Positions 22,077-36,377 are shown, counted from the stretch's first letter. The stretch is DNA of 64,000 nt from Marsupella aquatica (GCA_973895155.1 OZ316891.1:15035037-15099036), one strand, 5' to 3'. Notes: generated from the letters alone by a model not told the origin. Program-made: numbers and translations.

Positions 22077-22936
22077 CTCTGAAAGCTTGTCAATGGTGCC
22101 ATCAATCTCCACGACGTTTTCCAGAAAGTTGTCCATGACCACTGTTTGTGGATCTGCTACTACTGTGATTAACAAGCTTCCTTACTCCCCCAAAGCTTTC
22201 ACTACGATTAAGTAGATCTCTCATTCCTCCAGAGATTGTATTGAGGCCCCTGGTTGAGGTCTGAAGCATCTATAATTAACGAAATTACAGACACATCAAA
22301 TTCAATCTCTTTAAGGATGCGTACAATCTAATCGCTAAAAAATATAAGAAGAAATCGTCCACCAACACTGACTTGACGACAGTGCTGAACCTAATATGCC
22401 GCGAACATGATAAATAAGACTCTTCTGTAGGAAAGCACACCTGAAATCATTCCCTGCAAACTCATGTATTGTGTGAACTGCTCAGAGCTGAACATCTATT
22501 CATTTCGGCCATCTCCCCTTCCATGTGTCGTCTATAAGACTCAAATTGACTCGGTGACATTGGGTTAGAATGATCACGAGATGATGTTGGAGATACGCTC
22601 AACCCCATCTGTGCTCGCTGAAACTTGTCTTGTCAAGGACATCTCTGACATATCTCCATCGTCACCAAATATGAAATGTGCTGCGGGGACGAATGATGCC
22701 ACAGGGAAAGGGTATATCGCTCCGAACCAGTCTCTCTGGGTTTCATACGAGGAAATTTTCTGGGATGTCTTCGTCGATATATGAACGAAGACATCTTCGT
22801 TTATGTCTTCAAAATACGCTGGCAACCGGGGATTCAAATGCCACCACGACGAGGGCGACCGCGGCGACAAAAACCATGACGACTGCGTGACTGCCCGTCG
22901 GATTAGTAAAGGGTTGGCAGGTAAGTCTGGTTCCAT
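22077..22936 (-). pseudogene. possible multi-exon gene remnant, unknown family
   Basis: Exon-like blocks with splice signals (e.g. VVMDNFLENVVEIDGTIDKLSE|GTAAGT; TTCAG acceptors near 22261 and 22441) and a 120-aa ORF. No family recognised. Confidence 0.3.
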
Positions 22937-23420
22937 CCGGTGCCTTGAGATTCTGTCCGTTGCTTCATGGCAGGAGGTAACAGAAAGGGAAAAATGTATT
23001 CACCAAGTGATTTGTTGATGTCGTAAGAGATTGTAAGAGAGGGGAGTGGGCCCTTGGTGGGGCCTTGGACAATAGATGGAAAACCCAGGATCCGTCGTCC
23101 AGAATCAATTCTAGCCAACGCAGTGTCGTCCTGATGCCGGGACTACATGACATTGTTAGAATTGACCTCTATGTTAGAGTTGATCGCTATGATTGTGAAA
23201 CAGTGACCAGTGGGTGGAGCATTGTCTTCATTAGCTTAGCACTGTCTTGAAAATTAGTGACACTTCGTAATCATGATTGTGTGTCGCTCGTCAGCTGAGT
23301 CTACCGCAAGAACTAAGAGCCTGGAGGTGCTTTTGTCTAGCGCAAACCGCAATTATTCGATTCTAGAGGACCTAATGTAAACTAAGCTCCCCACATGATT
23401 GCACCAAAATGGACGGTCAC

Positions 23421-23790
23421 CTGGAATGCGAGCTGTCTGAAGAGCTTCGTATTTCTCTGCATGTACAGTCAGGTTCTAATGATCGTCAGCTCGTCCAAAC
23501 GCTCTTTCCGTTTTGAATGGAATGCAATGCAAGCCGTGTGAGGAGCTTCATATTTCCCTGCACAGTCACGTTGCAATGCTCGTCAGCTATTCGAAACACT
23601 ATTTCCGCTTCGAATGATCTGGAATGCGAGATGTCTGGAGAGCTTCATATTTCTCTGCACAGTCAACTTCTAATCCTCGTCAGCTCGGACAAACGCTCTG
23701 TCAACTTGAATGCGAGCTGTCTGAGGAGCTTCGTAGTTCTCTGGCTCTCTGCACAGTCACGTCGTAATCCTGCGCACCTCGTCCAACAAT
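23421..23790. repeat. degenerate tandem repeat ~95 bp x4
   Basis: GAATGCGAG.TGTCTG..GAGCTTC.TATTTCTCTGCACAGTCA....TAAT..TCGTCAGCTCG recurs four times. Confidence 0.75.
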
Positions 23791-25007
23791 TGATACTTCA
23801 ATACTTGTAATTCTAAGTACGCTACTGGACCCCAGAAATCCATGAGGACGACAAGAAATAAGACAAAAGTAGATAGAAAGGAAAGTCATAAGTATTAAAA
23901 GAAAGAAAATGAGTAGAAGAGGACAGGAAGTCCTTGGATAGTGCAAAAATCAACCAAAAGTGGAACGCCAATTAGTATGAGAATCTTTTGGGTTCAGTGC
24001 TGACTCGGTATGGAACAGTTACTGTACTAATACATATCAAATTGCCAAAGGGCAAAAACGCCAAACCGGCCAACCGGGAGACTGGGTAGCTTTTCAAACC
24101 GTCCAAGCTTTTTTCTTAGAATCTGTGCAAAAACGAAGAAAACCTGGTCCCTTCGGGTAGTGAGTCATGACTAGGTTTGTCCTGGTGGACTCCCTAGCTC
24201 CTGGAGACCTGGATATATGAAGTCCATGTCTGTTAGGTCCAAGTATGGAGGCAAATCAAGAAATCATTCGCCTGATCTTCCACAACGATGTCATCTTCAG
24301 TATATATAGCGAAACTGATGTCACGATTCGGAGTTTTAGTACTAACAACACTGCAGAAAATGGCAGGCTGGAGAAAATATAGCAACAAACAAACAGGACA
24401 GGATCGCGGTAAAGGAAGCTCAATTTGTGTGGAAGGTCCCACACTAGTTAATTAAGAGAATTATATTCCATGACTCTTAATTAACAATCAGACGACTGGA
24501 GTGGTGGACCCTGTCCAAGTGAATCATAAAGCACTGAAAGTACTGCTGAGAGCACCATGACGCTTATGACTCTCCTCGAAAAGAGGGGCTAGGATCCATC
24601 ACTACAGTCAGGGTGACAAGTCCCCATGACGAGTCAGCTTGTTAGAGAATTTACAAACCATACCGGGTTTGTTTATTCTGTGTTTCTCAACGTCCTTTTT
24701 TAGTTTAATATACTTAACTATAGCCAACTCAAACTCAGGTCCCTTTTTTAGTTTACTGTACCTAACTATGGCAAACTAAAACTCAGCTACACAAGGATAA
24801 TTTTCCTAAACAGTAAAGGTCAGCAACTGGTCACCGTAGAAAGAAATCTTGAGAATCCACTCGGTAGAAAGTTAGCTACCGGTAACGGAAAAGCCCAGTC
24901 CCTGAAAATCCAGTAGGAAGTCACCTACCAACAAACCCATTTCCTAGAAATCCAGGAGCAAGCCACCTAACTAAAAAACCCTTACCTCAAATTTAATGGG
25001 TTCTACC

Positions 25008-25238
25008 CTAGGGGGGTCAATATGGAGGGCCATACCATTGTGTGTTATGTTTTAGTATTTGACCTCCTTAACTTATAAGTACAATTATAAACTTTTGTAA
25101 CATGTTTTTTTAATTTTATCATTTTTATTAAATAGACTTATTTGTTATTCCACAAAAATTTTAACATATTTTTCCACACCTCCTTAAATGGTCTACACTT
25201 TGTCACATGTGATGCATCACTTCCATGTGACCCCCAAG
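25008..25238 (+). mobile_element. diverged CTCGGGGG-family MITE with TSD (G)TTCTACC
   Basis: Ends CTAGGGGGGTCA and TGACCCCCAAG. TTCTACC is duplicated on both sides (7-8 bp). Confidence 0.75.
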
Positions 25239-26720
25239 TTCTACCTTACTTTTTGTATTTTGTTGATTGGGATAACCACCATATAATCAATCCCAATGAG
25301 GTTGGAGATGTGCTTATTCTACTGACGTCATCTACTCGAGTAACTACTGTACCTTAGTTGAAATGGAGATGAGACAGGTAACTGAAGTCTGTCATGGACA
25401 AACCAGAAGACTAGAGTATTCTCAGATAAAGATCCATGATCCATGACTATAGTATATCTATTATATCACAGTATATCCAGATGAAGAACTCATGATTATC
25501 TCAGACGGAGTTGTCCTCTCTTTCCACGCGGTGCTCCAACTACGCACCTGATTGTGTTTCTGATGCAAAACTACCGTAAAGTAGGTCTATAGAGCATTTC
25601 CCAAAATAGCAATCAAATAGGTTCACAGGCATTCCCCGTTTCTCTTTGGGCTACAGATACATCAAAATCGTCCCCCATAACGCCAAGTTTTGCAGCCAGA
25701 CTTTCTTGGTGGAAAGGTTCCCATATGCTACCGCGATAGAATCACATGGCTTACAGATCCCCATGCCTGTGCAGTTAGGCACAGCGTTGTTTTAGTGGCG
25801 AAAATATATTAGATTCTACCTATAAAAAGTCAGTACCTTAAGCGAGTTTCGCTTCTGTAGCTTTGCTGTTTAGATTAGTCGATCAGTTTCCCATCTGGTT
25901 GCCATAGACCGGGAGTCAGATTGTTTATACTGTGACGATCCTCCTTAAATCTAGGAATATCTGACTTGTCAGAAATTAATCTAGTAAAATTAATAAGAAA
26001 TATTATACTTCACACATTCGCTGCACTGGCCAAAAGCAAAAAAACCTTACATTGTGCTGGTTCGGTACTGTACAGTACGGCCTCGTTGGGTCCGGTTCGG
26101 TACAGTAATGCCTTGTTGGGTCGCATGCAGTGAAGGTCTGCTAAACATGAAAGTTTTCCTTTTCGGACAAAGAATACTTGCTGTACTATTCACTTACGGC
26201 ATGCTGAAATGCTACTTTTCCAGTTTGTTCACCGAGTGGGCACTTTTCGACCATCAAATACGACCGTTCGTAACCGGTGTCAGGAGTACTGTGAGCTTTA
26301 ATAGTTCACGTATGGACTAGAGTGCAACAAGGCTCACCGAACCGCGCACCTCCTTAATCTTATGCCCAACTCGAGCATTCAATAGTTAAGAACACAAATA
26401 GAGTTTAACAACTCATACAAACGACAACGTGAGCATTTGATGGTAACTTGGCTTGTACATTCCATGACCGTGGTCTTTGAGGTGAGCAAATGCAATTTTA
26501 GAGCAAAGGCCAGAAAGGCCATTGATTATTACAAATTGAGAACCAAATAAACAGTTTTTACAGCTACGACAATAGCCAGTTTTTATTACAAGTAAACAAA
26601 TCTAAAAGCGATGACAATAACCAGAACAGACCCCTGGCATTGCCAACCAAGAAGTGGCAGGGAACCAAAAAGTGGAATCCGCCAATCTCTATTGTAGTGG
26701 AAATGTTTTACAATTGCCGT

Positions 26721-26759
26721 AGGCAACTAAGGCAACTAAGGCAACTAAGGCAACTAAGG
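26721..26759. repeat. 9-bp minisatellite (AGGCAACTA)x4 downstream of PIP1
   Basis: Read directly from the sequence. Confidence 0.9.
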
Positions 26760-27088
26760 ACACAGACCCTCCTTCCATGTCTCCATCATGTCACCGTGTG
26801 TACAACCTTATATACATTATATGGTTGCAGTCTTCAGTGCCAGGCAAAGCTACAATCACAGCTTGAAGTGTGCATAAACAAATAAAATCCTAATGAAGAC
26901 CATCTTTGTTTTTATCTAAGACACCATCAACTAGAAGAAGTAGCACCCTCTTTTGTCGTATCATGAGATGCACAGCTACAACAGGCCTAGTTCAGCTCCA
27001 AGCAGAATCAGTAGTCAAGCATCCCTACAACTATTTTCTTTTACACATAGCATAGGGTAAATCGATTGAAGAGAGAAATTTGAATCAC

Positions 27089-29038
27089 TTAGACGGTTTT
27101 CCTGAATGGAAGAGCTCGGATGACTATAACATGGTAAGCCGCTGCCAATGCTGCTCCAATCAGAGGACCAACCCAGAAGATCCACTGCACAGTCGAACAT
27201 GTTTATCAAAAACTATGATGCTTTCGAAGAGCCTGCCTCTATCTCAAGATAGGAAACTAGGCTACTAAGATTATTTTGCACATTCACTAACTTGAGTCTT
27301 AAGGCCATGAGCTGGCAATGAAGGACTGTTTTACCCCACCTACGTACAGGAAGATTTGAGATAGGAGAATATAGCTTTGGCAGACTGTGTTTTCAAGTTG
27401 ACAATGCTGATGTATACTCACATGATCGTTCCAAGCATGTTCCCTGTTAAATATGACAGCTGCTCCAAAGCTACGAGCTGGGTTGATGCCAGTACCGGTG
27501 ATGGGAATGGTAGCAAGGTGAACCAAGAAGACTGCAAACCCAATAGGCAGGGGTGCCAGAACCTATCATGCAATACATCCACGACCCATGTCACTCAATT
27601 TCTATTATCATCATGAAAAGTGAAAACTGTGATGTGAGCAATCGGCAGTTGTAATTGTCTAGTGGAAATATTAAGAGAGTAGCAGGGTAATTCCACTCAA
27701 GGACTTGGTTGCCAAGGCACAGACGAGAGACTTCGTACCGGAACATGAGAGTCGCGAGCATTGCGCTTGGCATCAGTGGCAGAGAATACAACGTAAACGA
27801 GCAAGAAAGTTCCGACTATCTCTGCTCCTAGACCAGCGCCTTTGGTGTAGCCATGAGCAACGGAGTTCGCACCGCCACCGTTGGCTTGATACGGGGTTGC
27901 TTGGAAGCCCTTCACCACTCCGGCTCCAGCAATTGCTCCCAGCACTTGCATGATCACATAGTACAATGCACGGTTGACGGAAACCTTGCGCGCCAAAAAC
28001 AGGCCGAAAGTCACAGCTGGGTTGATATGCCCTCCTGCAAGCATCACCATACCAACGCCAAGTAAGCTCATGCACGCTATCCGAGTCGTAGAGTAGATTT
28101 CTTCGGTGGTCATAGTGAATCAGCTCAAACTCGAAGACCAAAACTAACCAGTGAGACAACTTTCGAAATATTTTCAGGGTGAGAAGAAACGACGATCGTA
28201 ATATAACCATCACAATTGAGTGATCCTTTGCACTCTCCACTTGGGACAGAGTAGGAACAAAGTACTAAGATTCCATAGCCTATAGCCATTAACAAGCTCA
28301 TGTCGGGGAACGAATTATGACGTTGGAGGGCACGAAATAGACGCCAAATCCAAACATGCATGCTTCAAATTGTGTATCAATTAAGGCGCCCCACTTGGGA
28401 CCCACTGTAGTGTTTGCTTATGCTCGCCATCTCGTGGACCCGTTTGGTTGGGTATGTAAAAGAAAACGGACTACGAAGGGTAGAACGAGAGTCGGAGGAA
28501 AGCCGACGGGTGGAGTACCAGTGGCGAAGGGCTGCACTGGAGTGTACGTATCGACTGGGTTCAAAGAGGAATTGAAAAATGAGATTCCCTTCAGCCAGGA
28601 AAGAAAATGCAACGGGAGAACACCAAGAGAGATACACCAGAGAGGGACAAATCCAACTCAAGTTATTGCGAACTCAGTGGCAAGGCAGGCTTGGACAGCT
28701 TGAAGAGGATCCATAATACCTGAAATACCGGCGGTGCAGTAGACCAGCACGAAGATAGTAGCACCGAAAGCCCATGCGACACCTTGCGTGCCCACGCCAT
28801 TGCAGGCTCCCAGGCGACTATTTCCGATGGCAGTACCGATGGTGATGTACAGGAAGAGGAATGTGGCGAAGAATTCGGCAATCCCCGCTCTCCAGAACGA
28901 CCACGACTTAAACTCCCTCAATAAGAAGAACGGAGACGGGGAAGGTTCGTCGTAGCCCTTCACATTAGCGCTCGTCCCCAGCGGCCTCTCGACGAATCTG
29001 CCCGCGCCGATCTGGACGTCATCGGCCTTGTCGCTCAT
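27089..29038 (-). CDS. PIP1: plasma membrane intrinsic protein PIP1 aquaporin; exons 29038-28720, 28034-27739, 27562-27422, 27184-27089 (283 aa)
   Basis: Two NPA boxes ([15 protein letters not shown]), PIP1-type N-terminus, [35 protein letters not shown] introns at the conserved PIP positions (296- and 141-bp internal exons). Confidence 0.97.
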
Positions 29039-31907
29039 CTTTACGGCAATGCGGCTCTATGGCAGTCTGCTGTACAGTACAAACCACAAAATTATATTAG
29101 CACGTGCACCAGAGCCATGTTCACCATCAAAAATTGACAAAAACACACTCCGCTACATAGTCAATGTTATCAAGGCCTGTTCCTGAAAGACGTTCGCCGT
29201 CTTGATGGAGTGAAGGATTCAAGTCAGGCAGAGCACTACTGGAGAGTGTAGAAGCTGTCATTTTGACGACAAACGGAGGGGGAGGAGGTCCGGATTAGCC
29301 TTGCCAACAACTTCCGCTATAGAAAACCAGTACTACAGAGTAGAATAATTCCCAATAGTTGGTAGGTGCGACCCTATGGAGCTGGATCATGAAGCACAGG
29401 AAGCCAGCCAACTGTGAAGTACCGACCTGAAGTGTTAGTGATCACAGAATACAAGGAACAGGCGAGTGACACGAAAGCTTCCGCTCCCGACCAAAGGTCT
29501 AGACTTAGAGCAACAGTCAAAGAGTGGTTCAGTTTCAATCAGCTAAGCCCAATTTAAGGCATGAGAGGAATTGTGAGTTCTACCAGAATAGTGAAGTAGA
29601 AAAAAATAGAGAGAGAGAGACGTTATGCGACCGACCTTGAAGCCAAAAGAATCAATCCCAGCTTCCCAGAATTGCTTTGAGCATACGGACGATAATCTCT
29701 GGTGGAGCAGAAACGAAGAGACGTTCAAAGTGGGAAACGTCCGACACACCGCCCGACAGTCCGACAGTTCTGCTGCGGCTGAGAAATACTAAACCCTGTG
29801 CAGATGCTAACCGATATCTATCTGACGCTAGTCCTACACACAGCCACCCAGCTCATCTGAAAAGTCCACAGACCGATTCTGGAAAGACCTTCAGAGGCTC
29901 ACATCATCAGACATCAGCTGCTTCTTCCGCTATATTTTGCCTTCGGAACACATAAACACACAGTACCTTATCATCGAGTGATCAAGGACACAAAGATCGG
30001 AGCGGAATGTGACAGGCGCACAGAATGCCAGAGAGTTACGCTGGACATATGTGAAAGAGACAAATAAAATCCCCAACTTCAAACAGTACTCCAGTAATCT
30101 GACCAAAATGCACTTATCACGTTAATTTCTGTTCTCAACACACGAAAGGATCGACGCTAACAAACCCGGGCTCGAGAAGTCTGAGGTCACTACACTGTGC
30201 GCTGATGATATCGTGATATCACGTTAATAAACGTAAGCTGTGGTTAGCCTCGATAGAGTCGGGGCTAGCTACCCTCCCTTTTCATGATCACAGTTTTCCT
30301 AATCGCCCAACTCCCGAAGTGTGGCTAGTTCACAGTTTTCCTCATAGCCCGACTCCCGAAGTACAAAGTCCCACCCTACGCTTTGGAGGCATTTCTTCTA
30401 TCCACAATTCTTTCGAGAGTCTTTGACCCCACCTCGCCCACTTTGTGACGAAGTCCTGCCGAATCCGCCTCTTTCTCGAGTGAGTGTCTCCAATCCTCGA
30501 CTCTGAAATGGAAAACGCATTGTACTGTACTCTACAGTGATTGCCTCCCGTGTGAGCTGCAGCTTTGGCCCACCTCTCCATCTCTTTCATTGCTATATCT
30601 CGCTTTCTATTGGCCTTTTTTGGTAGTGATCGGGAAGTGCTTTATCCAGCATGCCTGACCATTCGTTGGGATCGGCTGACTTATGATATTCGTTTAGTTT
30701 CGTCAAGACCTCTCGGTCCTTGTGAACGATGCTTGGTACTACGTAATTGCTTTACGTGGGACATCTTTCTTATAAATCATATATATCCTACTGCCCCCCA
30801 AATTACAGGAAAAAGTGCACTTGATGGGATATCTTTGTAAATTGTATAGAAAACTGCAGGATAAGACCAAAATCAGGATCCCAAACACAAGAAACCCAAA
30901 TAATAAATGAAGGAAAACATTGGAGAAATTATGGGAGACCAAAGTGCTAAAAAGTCCATTCAAGTTAGAATCACAAATACTAGGAGTCTGTAACAAAGGC
31001 CAAATAACTATAACTATAGCCTATTGAGCAACAAACTGAAAACTTGGTAGAGCTTTGAAATAAACCACATAGGAGGGTCATAAAGGGCAAATTTGACTAA
31101 AAGCCCCAAAAGAAACCGCCTTGGCCCAACAAAGGATAGAGAAACGGATAGAGAATGCATGTGTAGAGGTGAACATTAATTGTAAAACAATTGTCTCGTC
31201 TCAACATGACCTGTAGCGCTCCAGGGGCTGCATAAACGTGTTGATCTGCCATACCACTAATTTCTCCAGTTATTATTTGTAGCACTCCTAAATAACAGCA
31301 TCCTTCCGAACTGTGTTGCCAAAGTATGAAGAGCATTCGTTGTATTTGAGCAGTGTTCTTAGTAATTCTTGCTAACTGACTTTTAACAGTATTTTTACAC
31401 CAAAGACCTACTCTACACACTAATGGACTTCAAAACAAAACAATATAGTTATAATTTTAGCTTCTTGTTGTAGGTTCTATATCACAAATAGGGGTTGGAA
31501 GTAAGACTAGGCTGATGTCCTTAGATAGCCCTGGAGAACAACAGAACTTATTGAGTGCTATATTTTAGAGTAGTCTCTTGCTGAGCATAACTAAGCAACA
31601 CAGTTGACTGGTTGAGGGAGGCACTTTGCAATGGCTGTTTAGGAAGATGTGGCCTTACTCGTTGAATGTGTGGTTTCTGGTTTGTGGGGCAGGTTCCTAA
31701 CTCAGTTTGCTGTTTGTTTCTTTTGCTTGGATTGCTTTCGTCCCCTTATATTATATTGATGGGTCTCTAAGTCTCCTTTTCCAACACAACAAATAAAATA
31801 ATTTATTGTCTAACAGTAACCATTAAGAAAAGAGTAAATATGGATCATTTTCCTGCAGTGCATTCCCAAACCTGATCATCCTAACTTACAGTACTACACT
31901 ATACTAG

Positions 31908-32178
31908 TTAGGGGGGGTTCATTTCCACAAATGTTGACATCATGTGCGAATGAAGTAAGGGGCATTTTATTCATTTGAGGGAAGTACTTAGAAGTGTAGT
32001 GAGTAAGTAAGGATAACAATTCAAAGAGTGTCACTTGTCATCACATGATTCATTGCTTGCCACATTTCAATAAATGATTGGTGGGTTTTTTTAGCTTGAA
32101 TTTGGTAGCTAGAGAGAGTGGTTAAATAGGGGCATTTGCACATGGTATACAACAATTTCATAAGGTGAACCCCCCGAG
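31908..32178 (-). mobile_element. diverged CTCGGGGG-family MITE
   Basis: TTAGGGGGGGTTCATTTCCACAAA...CATCATGTGCGA at the left end, GTGAACCCCCCGAG at the right end. Confidence 0.65.
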
Positions 32179-32180
32179 GC

Positions 32181-32535
32181 TAGGGGTCTCAAAAGTCAGT
32201 TTTGGCGGTCACCAACCGGCCCCTAGCTAGGAAGATGTGAAAGCACATTGTTAACATGTATGGGACACCCATATAAGGCAGTCCATAACTTGTCTAAGTT
32301 GGACTAACTTACTTTTCCATGGGAGTTTACATCTGAACTAGTGGGGAGTCTCAAACCTTTTAGTCCGCGAAAAGATCCATGGCCCAAAAGTACCAGTTTG
32401 AGTCTGCGTCACAAGTGTGCGGACAAGCTTTTTTGTCTCCATCGTTTAGGTCCGGGAAAACAACCTTGATCTGCGACCCAGGCAACTCTCAGAGGTTTGA
32501 GATGCCCTTAGTATTGAGAGGTTTGAGATGCCCTA
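32181..32535. mobile_element. hAT-like MITE remnant
   Basis: TAGGGGTCTCAAA at the left end, TTTGAGATGCCCT twice at the right end, and an internal GGGAGTCTCAAACC. Confidence 0.4.
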
Positions 32536-33438
32536 CTACAGTTTTAGTACTTAGGTCACTGCCTCCCTCCCTCCCGTTAGAGAGTAAGTAGCCTGGGTAC
32601 TGGACCCACCTCGTGGGACCCGACCGTCCATACTGGGAGGGAGCCCTGTTACACCAGAGGTTGATAGTAGTGTACAGAATAGGCAGAGAGCCCTGTTAGG
32701 CTGTTACACAAGAGATGTTTAGAGTACTGTAGTGTACAGAACCCTGCTATCCACATCTCTCACTTTAACAGACCCACACGGCGCGCTCAACGGACATCAC
32801 GAGCCTGGGACATAATAATAATATCCTGGGCAGGTCATAAGTCTACCTCGTGACATGTCGCATCCCGGATGACTGTGCACTGTGCAGCAGCGCTCGGCCG
32901 CTCGCAGTCTTGCTACCTTCTACTGTACTACTGTACTTCTCTTCCTTCGATACAGTCATAGTAGCCTGGCACAGTCAGCCCCGCCTCTGCCCTACGATAA
33001 TAGACTGCTCTAGGCTTTTGTGGTAGTTTTCCTCACTTCTCTGTGGAAAGCTTTTCTACTAAAAACACAAGTTTATTAAGTGCAAAACCATGATAGGTGT
33101 ACATGCACACTTATCAGGAAGCACAACACCCCATCATATTGCATTTACTGGTAAATGCAGGCCTTTTAGTAGTACAGTCACGAGTAGAGTTAATGCAGGA
33201 TAGAGCAGGGCTTAATGGCTTGTAAACTGGGCTGCAAGTCTCCCGCTTCTCATCTACGAAGGGTGCACTCTTATCGATAGTGCAATATCGTATGGGTTGG
33301 ACTTAGCACTTAGCCCAAATCCCCATTTAGTGCACGGGACAGTTCTTTCTGGGAGTGTGCACTTATAGAGAGTTAACCGTAATCGAACAAGGTTATAACC
33401 CTGCAAACTGGTCTCTCTACGGTAGCCACAGATCGTCG

Positions 33439-33613
33439 TCATCGATCCTGCCCTTCTGCCACTTTCATGCAAACCCTTTGTACATTATGGCACCACACAA
33501 TCCGGATTGAAATGTCTCGAGGGAGGTCTTCATCGATCCTGCCCTTCTGCCACTTGCATGCAAACCCTTTGCACATTATGGCACCACACTATCCGGATTG
33601 AAATGTCTCGAGG
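33439..33613. repeat. tandem duplication, period 91 bp
   Basis: TCATCGATCCTGCCCTTCTGCCACTT...GAAATGTCTCGAGG occurs twice. Confidence 0.9.
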
Positions 33614-35381
33614 TAGACCCTGTTTGCATTGGCATTGTTGTCATTCTCGGGTTCATTGGATCAATGGTTTGTAGGTGAAGAGTAGAGACCTTGCTTATTA
33701 AGGGTAAGAGCTCGATGGTATGGAATGGACGTTGCTTTTTATCAACCGTACTAGCTGAAGACAACGGTCTACAGCGCTTTGCGTCTGGAAGAAACAATAT
33801 CTCCACGTGGGGCTATTTACTCCTATCTACCGTGGTCGACTTGACAAAGGCTAAACAGGAAATTTTCATGATATATGGGCTTTGAGCCTTGTAGGATAAA
33901 GATTTCACATGCATTTTTCTTTTGCGGGCGGCCCATGCACTCTCCGATGTATTGTCACGTCCGCACTCCGTGAGTTGAAAGCAGAAGATTCGGAGAAAGC
34001 CCAAATTGATGATTGAGGTTTCTCGTGAGAATGGGTAGTACCCGGGGTAGTATTTGGAATCTCTTGGAATGCGTGCTTGGAAATTTCAAAGCTCTAAAAG
34101 AACTGACTTACTTAACAATTACCAGTTTATCCCATGGTTTGTTACTCGATCATTTTAGCAAATCACGCAAGCATACTCCTTTCATAGAAAGCAGTGCAAA
34201 GGGATGAGTCACTCTTGCTTGATCGAGAGAGAGGACGAAAAACATTCAAGCCTTTTTCACCCCAAAGATCTTACTAGTGTATTGCAGATGCGACTCACTG
34301 CATAATTAGGAGTCTGCACTCAAGAGCTTGCCAAAAATCAACGGATCTGCATCAGTGGAAATCGACTAGCTCCGACTCTCGTGACCTACGATGTGAGATC
34401 TGGTGACACTTCCTTCAATAATCTTGAGAACTGTGACTTCCTCTCTTGACTGTACTTGGAATGATTTGGCGTACGTGGAAGATTGCGTTTAAGTAGGTCG
34501 AGTCCTCATCTACTAATCTTTCATATCATTGCTTCTACTGTATTAAGGGTAGCTCCTAATTTTGATGGGTGTTAGTAAAACCGGAAAAGACAGTAATGGC
34601 AAGAAGAAGACTTAATCAAAATTGCAAGCTACAAAACGTAAAATCGACCAAACATGGATCGCCTTAATTTAACCGCTCAGCTCCTGCTTTGTTCAAGGAA
34701 GACGCAAAAAAAATTACTTTGCAGATCCCGCAATGAGCCAATACCTTTTAAAAAATGAAACTTCTTCTTGCCGTTAGTATAGTGCCGTTGCTCTCGCCGT
34801 TGCTGCCAGTCCGGAAAGGTACCTTTGAGAGCTGCAGCAGCAAAGTTCACGTAACAAGCAGTGATATAACAAGCGGTGATATGCCGGTGCCACGAGGGAA
34901 CGGTGAGAAAGTGAAATGCGAGAATGACTATAGAGATGGGACGGACTGACAGCACGAGAATTGTCTTTCAGAATGATGGTTGGGCGACTGCGTGGAGTTT
35001 ATAAAGTCCCAGACTCCCAGCAAAGTGTCGAACGTTGAATCGATTACTGTACCTGGTCAAGGACAGGATAGGTACCATAATCAAAAAGATACGGACTGTA
35101 CATCTTGTTAGTGGTCCCCTACGTGATGGGCTGGGTCTGATGACTCGACGCCTCGTGATCCTCATCCGTCGTCGACCAACCGGATTCGAGGCTTGCCTTC
35201 CGCATCGGACCAATTTTGTGAATACGGAAAACTTGTGCAAGCTCTTTCACCCATCCTACTCGTCCATCCTGCACATGCTCTGCCATCATTTCAATTTCTG
35301 CTGTAGCCAAAGAACTACTGCAGAAATCGCAAGTACTGTATAAATATGTCCTCCAGTTTACAAGGACGAATTGTGAAACCA

Positions 35382-36377
35382 TTGATGGATTTCATGGTCC
35401 GAGACAATTGGTTGAGTCCATTGAGGTACCCCCTTGCCCCCCACCCCCCCCCCCCCCCCCACAAAAATGTTGTTACCAACTAGGTCCCCTACTTAGGTTA
35501 TGTTGTTACAAACTAGGTCCCCTACTTAGGTTCAGGACAGATGGTTCTTATGTGGTGCTTAGTGACATGGTCAATCATACATTTCACACTGCACTCCACC
35601 GCGCCACAACATATTCCACTGCGTGTACGTCTATGCTTGAAGACATAATGGATTATGTCTTCACATGATTATAGAGATTTAGTGTATCCGTCACTATGTG
35701 ATAGCGGGTTTGTATAACATTTAGTCTAGTTCATTTTCAGGCTAGCAAAACTTTCTCATTACGATTGACTCCTATTGTCTTTGTTTCACACTTAGTTAGG
35801 CAATTTTGAAAGTTGCAACAAGGGCAAACAGCCAAAAGTAAAATATCATTGGTTGATTCCATACTTAGACAAACTTGGGGTTAGATGTGAGAGGATTCAT
35901 GTTGTCTTTGTTCCACTCATGAATAATTTTTGAAAGTTGCAATAGGGGCCAAAGACTAAAAGTAGAGGATTCATTCCATACTTAGACAAAATAACAAAGA
36001 GAAACATCAAAACATCTCGATACAAACCCTGTGCATAGGTTGCGTGAAGCAACCTAAAGAAGGACAGTATTGGTAGAAATTTAAACATACATGACGACAT
36101 GAACCATATTGTCTTCACTTAGGAACTCGCAATTTGCACAACAGCAGTCACTACTTGCGGTCCCCTCATGGTGTAGTTTGTCATTTAGCACAGTTTGATT
36201 CTAAACTTCACAGTAGTTCTTATTGGGGATAATATCAAGCTAAAACTCCTTATAGGAACTGTTACAAGAACATCTGGCACAACAGTGTTAGAGGGGACCT
36301 AGTTTATAACAAAAGTTTCATGAGGGCCTATCACATGAATTTCTTTTGGCAGGGGTCCATCAAGCATATACGTCTAG
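35382..36377. mobile_element. non-autonomous TIR element (~1 kb)
   Basis: TTGATGGA / TCCATCAA ends and subterminal TTGTTACAAACTAGGTCCCCT / AGGGGACCTAGTTTATAACAA. The right end matches the element at 5146. Confidence 0.5.

Noticed and set aside
26640-26885. ORF with RQL repeats
   Set aside because: It is produced by the 9-bp minisatellite in the PIP1 3' region.
35408-35668. Proline-rich ORF
   Set aside because: It arises from a poly-C tract and TIR subterminal repeats.
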